DNA of 48,323 nucleotides from Perkinsus olseni (Eukaryota): NCBI GenBank assembly GCA_013115125.1, contig JABANN010000241.1, positions 1 to 48,323 of the forward strand, read 5' to 3'. Shown piece by piece: positions 35,500 to 45,000 of this stretch (position 1 is its first letter; each line of letters starts with the position of its first letter). The notes under the pieces were generated by a model. It saw only the letters and a program-made list of their open reading frames with translations, ran no database searches and was not told where the DNA came from. The position numbers and the translations under genes were made by a program.

Positions 35500-38343
35500 A
35501 TGAAGGGTCAGAATTTGCTTATCAAGCCCAACCTCCTCAACCCTCAGGCCGCTGCTCAGGGTGAGTGAAATTATTGGGTGTTGGACTTTGTCACGACATA
35601 GAAGAAGGATTGGCTTTTAATGTGTGTTGAATCGCGCAGGCAGTGTTGGAGTATCTTGACGTTGACCTTGCAAGATTCAAAGTAGGTTGGAAAGTTGTGT
35701 ACTCGGAGTTTTCAGGCAACGGGCAGTCCGCTGGAGAGACCAAATTTGAGGGCCCACCGATGGTCAACGAGCCCGTCCAGACAGATTGCTTTCGTGGCCG
35801 GGCCTTCCAGAGCGACTCGATGGGCGGCAACTACGCTAAGATGGTACCTCCACCGCTGCTCGGCCTCTCTCTTCACCTCCCTTTCCTCCTTAGATGAAGG
35901 AGAAGTACGGCGTCACCGTGTCGGTCGCTCCTCTCAGCGGCAACGGCGCCCTCGTGAACTGCCGTGCCCCTTCCAAGGACCAAGCCCTCTCGGCGTCGAA
36001 GGTCATCTCTAAGGTGGGTAGGAGTGTCCATGGGTCCATCGGGATGGATATCTTTAGATCCTGTCTGGCTTCCATGTTGAGCTTATTGATACTACTGATG
36101 AGGTCTTGGACAAGCTCTTCGACACCACAATGAACCCTGACAAGACTATCGAAGAGGTACGCAGTCACCAGTACTACAACCACCACTATTTTCTTCTTTC
36201 AGATCTACATGCTCGGTCGTGTTTCCCATCTGAAGAACAAGGAATCCGGCGTGACCATCGCTAGGTCCAACCCCGACAACTTTGAGACTTCCCAGGTAGT
36301 AGTACGACTCTTGGGGGAGGGACGAGGGTGATCTGGCCTTGTGTAGATTGGAATCATCGTCGAGGAGTCAGCGAGGAAGGAGTTCCCTCGCATCAGAGCG
36401 GACGTGATGGATCTTGTGAGGAAGTGCTCTTTCACGACGGAGACGGTGAAGGTTCCCAGGTAGGATGGCGCTGGTGGGGTGGTAGGGATTATGTTTGTGT
36501 AGGGCTCACACCAAGACTTGGGGCGAGACGACTACTACGAGCGTCAATGATGCTCTCAACGGCGAGGCTATGATTTTCTTCCGACGGTGAGTTAACGGGG
36601 TGGTTGCCGTGGTGGTGATAGTTGTGATTAATAAGCTTGAGGTCTAGGGTTTGATCCCGGGGTATATCATTTCTTCTCAGAGCCCAGACTAAGGACGATG
36701 AGAGCTACTTGGATTTGTGGGGAACTCCCGAGGGACGTGAGAGAGCGAAGGAACTGGTGAGAAGTTGATACCGTCATTTGGCCTTGGTCGTGGTCTTCCC
36801 CCTCCGCGAACTCTATCAATTGTTCATTGTCAATGATCGTTCTTAAATTGCTAGTGTTCGTACGCAGTTTTCGAGTGTATGGGGGGTGTATTGTTTCCCG
36901 CTTTGTTCTGTTTGCCCCTACTGAACCAATCGGGGAATGTGTGTTTTGTCATGTTAGTTGAAGCAGTTCTACGAGGCGGCTAGCGTGCCTGTTCCGGAAG
37001 AAGCGGTTCAGCCGATGCTGCAGGACAGATGCAAGATCCTGCAGGACATCCAGGTTAGTCGAGGGGTCAGTCGTTCTGCCTGCCATTCGTGAAGTGGCTG
37101 GTTCTATCCTGGCAAGTGTACTTTTTTTCTTCTATTCAGAGAGATGCTGCGGTGTCGCTGTACTACTCCAAGCCGGACTCGGCGGTCTTCATCTATGGTT
37201 TGAAGAATAACAAGGCAAAGGCTGTTGGGGATTTTAATAAGTAATCATCAGGGGGAGCGACATTTTCGGCCCGGCTCAGCTGTTGGAGAAGTTGATAAGG
37301 TATTTCATGATTTGTAGGTTTTTGGATAGTTTGCATAAGCAGCTTGCGAAGTATACCATCAAGCAGATTGAACTACGATCCGATGAGATGGGTATCCTGA
37401 TTGGTCCAAAGGGTCGGAACATCCGGTGAGCAGTCGAAAGGTCCCCGGTTCTATGCCCGGTGAGTATATTTTGTCTTGTTGTCAGACGAATCACTGAGGA
37501 GTCACTTTGTCATGACATCCGTGTGGGAGAAGACCAGATAGTAAGTCGCTCAGCTCGTTCCCCCTAACGCGCCGTATTTTTCGTCTAATAATTTTGAGCT
37601 ACATTGTTATTGGATGAGAGGGTCGTATCATTGAAAGAAACAGGGTACCTTGGATCGGAAAGGGTATATATCCGCGACACTTTTCAGGTCACTATTACGG
37701 GCCTCCCCGCTGCTGTCGACAAAGCTGTCACTATGATTGAGGAAGAGCTCAGTATGAGGGCTTGCATGGGCTGTTGAGTTCACCGTAGGAGTTGATATTG
37801 TTGCTTAGACGCAAGGAAGGACGTTATCACTGTGCAGTCGCCCGATGCTGAGAAGGAGAATGAACCCGCTCCAGGTGAGGCGAAGTGGTTTTGATAGCGC
37901 GCCCCTTAGAGATCGATTTGTATTCTGATAAATTTCTGTTCTTCAGAAGCCAAGTCGCTTCTGTTTGCTCGACGCGAGGGCGGATGGGGAGAGAAGGTGG
38001 TGAATGCGGGATGGGGGAATCGAACCAGGGGACCTCGGGATTGCTGTTTGGTCGTCATTTAGGAGGTGACCTGCGTTTTCATGTAGGCCCCTGAAGTGGC
38101 TACGGAGGAGCCAGTGGACTTGAACTCGACTGAGCAGTTCCCCCCACTTGGCGCTCATCCTTCTGGAAAGCCGAAGAAGGCGAAGTTCCGCCCGAGCAAG
38201 AAGCACTAAGGTGGTACGTAGGGTGTCGGATTGGTTTAGTGGATAACTTCGTGGGTTTGGATGCCGAAGGTGGTCGGTTCGATTCAAGCATGTTCTCTTT
38301 TTTAGGCACAGGCCCGGTGTTCATGGATTGTTTTGAGTACTGA
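35500..38343 (+). CDS. KH-domain RNA-binding protein, multi-exon
   Basis: Spliced type I KH domain: IKQIELRSDEMGILIGPKGRNIR|RITEESLCHDIRVGEDQI|VTITGLPAAVDKAVTMIEEEL. Degenerate KH-like exons lie upstream (MKEKYGVTVSV...). The 3' end is approximate. Confidence 0.75.
38225..38303 (+). pseudogene. Degenerate tRNA-like relic (A box, B box and T tract) filling an intron
   Basis: TGGTTTAGTGG at tRNA position 8 and GGTTCGATTC at position 52, with T6 after position 73. Stems are not paired. Confidence 0.5.
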
Positions 38344-38439
38344 CTAGAAGACTCCCGGTAGTCCGCTGTCGTTGTGCTGTTATTATCATCAACATCATTG
38401 CGCTGAAAACACCCACTCTCGAGGCTGCGTGTCTATGGT

Positions 38440-39970
38440 CGAATGAAAGATTGCCGACCACCCGAGTTTTCTACTTTATCCAAGCTTTTCTTCTTTTTCT
38501 ATTCGGTCAGAGTTGGACGTTATTTAAGGGTCGAGGGGGTCGTCTAGAGGGAATCTGCTTGAAGCCCTCCGTGGCGATTTTGCGCTCTCTTCATGGGAGC
38601 TCGGGAATTTCTGATTTTCGCAGTTCGTGATGAGGGAAGGTATGGCACCTGCCCGACGCGCATACCGACTCTCGGAGTGGCCGTAGTAGTAGAAGGGTGA
38701 GGGGTTGATTGCAGTCACTCCGTCGAATTGAGAGTTGCTTTTATGGAGCGGTTTTACGGCAATTTTACGGAGCGGTATTGGAGGTTTGGTGGTTTCAACT
38801 GCTTTTTCGCGTTTTGGGTTTCTCGTCCGCTCTTGTATTTGCGTGCTACCACGGTTATCGCGAAGTAGTGGATCGTGATGGTTGATGACAGTCATGTTGT
38901 TTCGGTGGTAGTTTCTATCGTACGATTTTCAAGTCCGCTCCACCGTCCATTCGGAAACAGAATCTTGAGTTGCTAATTCGTCTTTGTTTTCCGCGCTATA
39001 GAGAGATAGAGAATGAGATATCTTCCTGTGGTATCCCGTCCTTTTCTGGAGGCGCGTGGACGTTGTGGGGGAGGGGTCATGTTTGTATCATTATCTCGGT
39101 GAAGGACTCGTCTTGGCGGAGATGTCTCCGGTCGTTGCGCCCTCGCTGGCTCGATGTCCACTCGCCAGGTTAAGACCGTGTAGAGTCCCCCTTGAACTCT
39201 GATGATCGGTATGGATTCTCGTTGTGATTGAAGAGCCTATAAGTTGAAAGTGCGGGCCGACAGTTTTGTCTCAGATGAAAGGGTGAGTGGGGGATGGTTG
39301 ATGGCGGTCGTGGCGTCTCGTCTCTCGGATGGTCCGGGGCGAGCGCGCGTGCTGTCCGCGACGGCATTGGAGGGAGCCCGGTGGGGATAGCGCTAGGAGG
39401 CGAAGGATGAATCTGGTAGTCGGTAATGATGGTCTGGTGGTGCTTTCTGGTGGAGTGAGCAGGTGGGGCGACGCATATCCGAGCTTGAAGTTGGGATGTG
39501 GTGAGGGAGCTGGCGGACGGGAGACTGAGCAGTGGCCGGATGGGCTGGAGCTGGTACGCACGTACAGAGGCTGAGGGGCGTGCGCGAGGTGCTTAGAATA
39601 CGAGACTTGGCTGTGACTATCAAGACTGATGGAGCGGATTTGAGCCACGTCCGATTGAGTCCGTTGGTGCACCGCGGTTGAGTAGGGAGGAGTTTGGTAG
39701 TGGCAGGAGGCATCTTCAACTTGATCCTGGTTGTGCGCGTGGTAGACCATTCGTAGTTTCATGAGCTGACGTATTTCGGTGGAGTTTAGCAGCTGCGCCG
39801 AGTTTGGTGGTGGGTTGGGTAGAAGCAGCGGCGGAGGGGGTGTGGTGCTGCTTTGGGAGTTGCTTGGTATCTGCTCGGCAGTTGGACGTTTGCTTTATGT
39901 CCTTACCATCGCGGCCTGCAGGTCGGCAAAATCCGGAAGCCAATTATCAGGGCTTCGTGAAGAGGTAGGG
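38440..39970 (+). CDS. Probable multi-exon hypothetical gene; structure unresolved
   Basis: Series of GT donors and YAG acceptors (for example gtgagg near 38697, gtgagt near 39283) with the same G/T-rich sense-strand skew as the neighbours. No family recognised. Confidence 0.3.
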
Positions 39971-39994
39971 AGCTGAGCTGCTTTGTATCTTTCC

Positions 39995-41945
39995 ATGGTC
40001 GACCTCAGATTCTCTCCTGAATCGTCGTGTTCCGATAATAGTCGGTACCGCGGTCAGCCGGACCAAGCTCTGTTGTTGGGCGACTCTAGCTACCTCTTGG
40101 AGAGTGATCAAATGGCGCAGCGAGAGGCGATGGATGTGATGGTAAGTTGGGTGGCGTCCCGCACAGGTTCGACCCCTGGTCGAGGGCATTTAGAGAGTAC
40201 ATATTGTTTGCCGACCCACCAATGGAAGTACGAGGAAGCGCCCTTTGGAACATTTGGAAGTTTGTGCTTGCCTCGACCGCTCACTGGTCTGCTCAAAGTC
40301 CATTCATATCGTTGGTTGGTGACGGCGGAGCGAAGCGTTGCACGTATTTGTTTTTGGCAGGCCGGTGAAGCTCATGAGGAGTCTGAATGGTCGGATATTC
40401 GACCCAGGGATGTAACAGAAAATTTTTCAAGATTGGTCACTCTGGGTGAGTCGTGGGCAGCTACTTAATTTCGTGGCGCGCGGTAATTTCTGTCTTTCTT
40501 CAGCCACTGGCGGCTTGACCTCCTCCGAGGGATCGGGTGCGAATCACCAAGCTCCTCCGGTAGGTCCGGCTTTTGGCTTCGCCGCAACTCGGCAAGACTC
40601 TATTTTAGGCCACCAACGGAGCTTTCCTGTCATCAGAGCCAGTGCCAAGTACGTATGGGAAAATTGGAGCACCCTCGGATCGAACCAGGGTCGATTGTTG
40701 TTGCCCCTTCAGGGTGCCCAGCGTCACAAAGATTGACGACGGAGGAGATTTCTGGAGATCTCCTTGGCCAGGAAAGCGGGGTGAACTCAAAGTCGCCCAG
40801 AGAGGTGAGGGTCGCTTTAAGGGCGATTTCAGCGGTCCCATCCGCAGGTTGCCATGGTGGCCCCAGCGGGTTGTCATCGAACTTTGACGATTGGGATGAG
40901 ACCACAGGTGGTGGACCTCGACGATCTACTCAATCTGCGAGAAGATCGGACGACATTGATGATAAAAAGAGTTCCCCGAAAGTAGCGAATGTATGGCCGA
41001 ATGGTTTCTGGTGCTTGCTATCGCCGCACAGGTGGTGAGTTCGATCCCTGGTCGGACTGTTTCGTACGTTTAGGTATTCTTTGGCGCTCCTTCGAGAGGA
41101 GATTGCATCATTTCCGGGGTTGAATGACAGCTACGATTTGTTGTAGGAAAAACATCGGTCCTTGGGTTCGATCCGGGGACCTTTCGAATGACAGATATTT
41201 ACCAGCTGACGCGTCGAAGGATGCTAACAGAGGGTATGCATTCATCAATTTGAAATCGGTGAGCCATGTCTATCTCTTCACAAGCATGCTACAAGTGAGT
41301 CCTTCCTCCTCTGAAGCCTCTTCTCGGGGATTACCTTCGCTGCTCCTGCTCTTCAGAATCACGAGTGGCGGCACTACAATGCTCCACGCAGGACTTGCCA
41401 GCTTTGCTTTGCTCATATCCAGGGTCGGGAAGATACTCTTCAGCATCTCACCCAAGAACGTACCCAAGGGTTCCGCGCTCTTTGCTGCTCTTCCTTTCCC
41501 CCGCGGCGGAGACGATTGCGATATAGTACTGTCGTTGCCTTTAGCTCAGCTTGAAGTTTCTCAGTCGACGGGATATTTCTGTCGTTAATTTTTCTATAAT
41601 TTGATCAAATGTTACTGAAAAATTTAATTTTTTCGATTTTCGTCGAGTGCATCGTCGGTCAGGTCATCCCCTATACATGCTTCAGCAGCGAAGGCGCCAC
41701 CTCGATGCGGCGCCAGAGCTGAATTTATTGTATGTGGCCGCGAGTTCGATCCCCGGTGAAAGCATTTCTTCCTCTTTTGTTCTAGACCAGTCAGCCCGCA
41801 AGAGGTCTGGGGCGTAGGAGATTATCAAATGCCGAACGAAGGTGATTCCATGCTTCGTTAAGAAATTGTAAGAGGGTCTAAGATTGCAAGATTGCCCCCA
41901 TTACTCAGATATTCTACAGCTCGGTAGCAGCACCAGTATGCCGTA
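39995..41945 (+). CDS. Mei2-like RNA-binding protein (C-terminal RRM3 / RRM_2), multi-exon
   Basis: Spliced reading DRTTLMIKRVPRK|YSLALLREEIASFPGLNDSYDLL|YLPADASKDANRGYAFINLKSVSHVYLFTSMLQ|NHEWRHYNAPRRTCQLCFAHIQGREDTLQHL matches the Mei2 RRM3 signature. Both gene ends are approximate. Confidence 0.82.
40987..41062 (+). pseudogene. Degenerate tRNA-like relic (A box and B box) inside the intron that splits the Mei2 RRM
   Basis: TGGCCGAATGG at 40994 (position 8), AGTTCGATCC at 41038 (position 52) and TTT after position 73. Stems are lost. Confidence 0.5.
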
Positions 41946-42069
41946 ACTGCATTAGTTGTAGTAGGCAGGTGCTGCTCATTATGCGCTTCTCGCGGCATTC
42001 TGAGAATCTTGCGTTCGTCGTAGTCTGACAATTTCCGGGGTCGGCGGTTAGGTCGTTGTCAGTGTCACG

Positions 42070-45000
42070 ATGAGCACTCTTTTGAAGCGGCCGTACGACG
42101 TATTGGATGAGACGATGGAGGGCAAGGAGAGGAGGGTGGGTATGCAGAGGTGATAGGAGAGGGGTTTTTGTGGTTCCGACGGTGCTGGGGCGTGGGCGCG
42201 AGGATCGCGCGCGGAGGCAGAGCTGGAAGAAAGAAGTTCGTAGATTCGACAATTTTTTGAGTGATTTACGCGAGCCAGACCTGAATCAAAGCAAGAGACT
42301 GAGTTAGTTGGGCTACGGTTAGTTGGGCTCCCTGGAGGAGCTGTGCTCCTTCATTCTCGGAGAGAAGAGAATTCAAGCTGTTTTTTGGTCTCCCGATGTT
42401 CCGGCGGCTTGTTTGAAGTCTTCTGCCGAGAATCTTCTCGCTCGTCAGTGTGGCTTCCCTTCTCGACTCTCTGGATTGGGACGAAGTACCATCGCTAAAT
42501 GCGATGCTCGAGGAGGAGTGTCGCGGAGCCCTTGGGACGGTGGTGAAGTTCCGGTGTATGGTCCAGGACGTGAGTCTAGATGGCTTCTTTACGCATCACT
42601 CGAACGCTGTTGTGATGCCGTAGTAGAGCACACTGTTATCAAGATAGCGATAGAAAAGCACACGTTCCTAGGGTAGCTCGTCTCCGAGTTGTAGGAAATG
42701 TGGTATGAGAGGCGCCTGTTGGACGTAACTGGTCACGCGGGTTATGTGATGCACTTTGAGCGTCTTCCGAAAGCGTGCGTCGAGATCCGCTCGGCGGCGT
42801 TGGGTTGTAAACAACGTTATGGCTCTGGATGACTCTCCTTTGTCATCCTGTACGGCTGTTGTCTGTGGCGCACGGATTGACAGGTTATGAACCCAGAGCC
42901 GTACCAGCCGGTGATAAGGGACAAGGGTGGCAGTGCTCGGTGTGGGAGGTAGTAGTGAAGGGGAAGGCCCTCCCCAGGGGACGCTCGCTTTTTGTGGATG
43001 GTCATTGTACGATTTCTGGCCCCGTTGGTGACAACAGAGCATCGAGCAGGCAGCCAGTGGTCAAGCTGGATGGCAGGTATCGCGAGGAGCAGCCGAGAGA
43101 AGATGCGGAGGAGGGGGCTTTGCGGTGGGGGAGAGGAGAGTTCGAAATGGTGATCACTGGGGATCGAACCTGGGAGAAGCGATTGCGCTACTGAGTGGGC
43201 TGTCTATGCATGAAGGGAATCTCTTCGTTCTTTGTCGATTGAAGCTTCCCTCATACATCGTGCTGCACATGGTACAATAGCCACGTCTATCGGCACAGAG
43301 GGCGCCGCCACCGGCTGTCTACGCAATTGCGGTCTTCTTTCTTCGCCGTCGCTGATGAGTGCCTTGTCAGAGACAAGTTTTCCGCTGCATGAGAGTTCCG
43401 GGGGAGACCAGCTGGGCAACAGAGCAACAGGCTAATAGGGAGGTGTAGGTTTGCTCCTGGTGCAAGAAGAGGAGACACGTCTCGAGGCCGATTGAACCAG
43501 AGCAGTCCTATTTCCACGCCGAGAGTCCCTTGGACCCTCATCCGCCAGGAGGGTCGTGCATTCTGACTGGGGTAGTCTAGCGTAAACGCGCGTTTGGCTT
43601 CAGGTGTAGGGGAGTGGATGCGGGATCCGAGGTTGAAGCTGGCACAACACAGGAGCGGATGACTTGCGGAAAGGGTAAGTCTCCGATGCCTGTCCGAATA
43701 ACTTTGCCGAGGATGTGTTCGAGTTATCTCGTCGCGCCTCAACAGTTTGTCTATTCGGTTGCTGCATCAGCCGCTTCTCTGCGCAACTTGGGAATCTTTT
43801 GGGTCGCGCAGCCGCAAGAATTTCTTCGTGGTAGTTCTGTCATGAGGCTCACTGTTAGGGTTCAGATTCGGGTAAGCGAGAGGCTGTTGTGAAGGTGTAT
43901 GACGTGAAGGAGATGGACAGAGATGCCATGAGACTGCACGAGGTCAGTGTGAGGGTTGCGTGGGTTATACGTGCTTAAAGCGCGCGCCCGGTTGATCGAT
44001 ATCGTCTCGCAGGTTGTTGAGATTGTTGGGATATTGGATTCTGTTGGTGCTGCTGAGAGTGCTCCTTGGGAAAGCGGTGGAGGAGGACCTCTCGCGCCTA
44101 TCAAAGAGGAAGAGCACGACGAGGGTGATAATCTTTATGTAGCGCGTGATGGATCCAGAAAACGTTCAAAATGCCGAAAATCACCTGCAACTATATGCCC
44201 TGTGCGTCGGCGAGCGATCGAGAGCTCTGAAATGCGAAGGGGGTCGTTCCTTTCAGGGTTGGAGCTTTCCGCCGGGGATGGCGGAGGTGGACTGAAGGAG
44301 GGGATGCTGTGCCGAATCCAAGCGCTGAGGTTCGACTCGGCGAATGACTGGAACCCCGCAGTAGGGATGCCGGGGAGGGTATTGGCGAATCAGCGTGGTA
44401 ATGAGCTCGTTAGATGCCACTGAATGAAGCGATGAGTAAGGAGCTCGTAACGGAGAGAGTCAGAGGGGAGCTCATTGATCATCTTAGCAAGTAAGGGGCG
44501 AGCGAGAGACAGATGGTGGAAGTATCACATTCTGGATTTCGCCACGCTGACCGTTCTATCGAGTTCAGCAGCGTCGAAAACCCCCTTGCAGCTTTCCTTG
44601 AATCTCGGAAGGCAATGAATTCACATTTCCTCCTTCAACTGCGACGCCTTGCAGATGGTAGAATTCGCAGCTTCGGGAACAACTGGCTTTCACAAGTGAA
44701 CTCTCACTAGGTAGTCGACGTATAAGTGTAGCACGGTTGTGTCAACTCTCGGGGAGTCAGCGTAACCGCCCCCTGCCGGCCACGCGGTCCGCCCTTCAGG
44801 TGTCTACGTGGAGATCGTCTAGCTGCTGAGTATCTTCTCCTGCACATGGTCTCGCGTCATGTCAGCGGACTTGGTACGGGCCTGGCCCAGGACACCGGTC
44901 TGATTGTCGGCCACTGGCCGTTGAACATATCTGGATTCTCGAAGAGTGAGTTGAAGCCTTTAGTCGGGTAGGCTCGACACGCTCGTCTTGCTAGGTGTAG

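Noticed and set aside
37402-37412. A-box-like TGGTCCAAAGG upstream of the B box at 37447
   Set aside because: It encodes the KH-domain IGPKG loop and is fully explained by protein constraint.
43294-43309. CACAGAGGGCGCCGCC resembling a CTCF site
   Set aside because: CTCF is an animal protein, and the word is part of a longer 82-nt repeat.
44329-44339. GGTTCGACTC and similar isolated words (11436, 15996, 46215) as further B-box elements
   Set aside because: They lack the combination of upstream GGTC and a T tract at +22, or lie in coding or TE sequence. Not counted.
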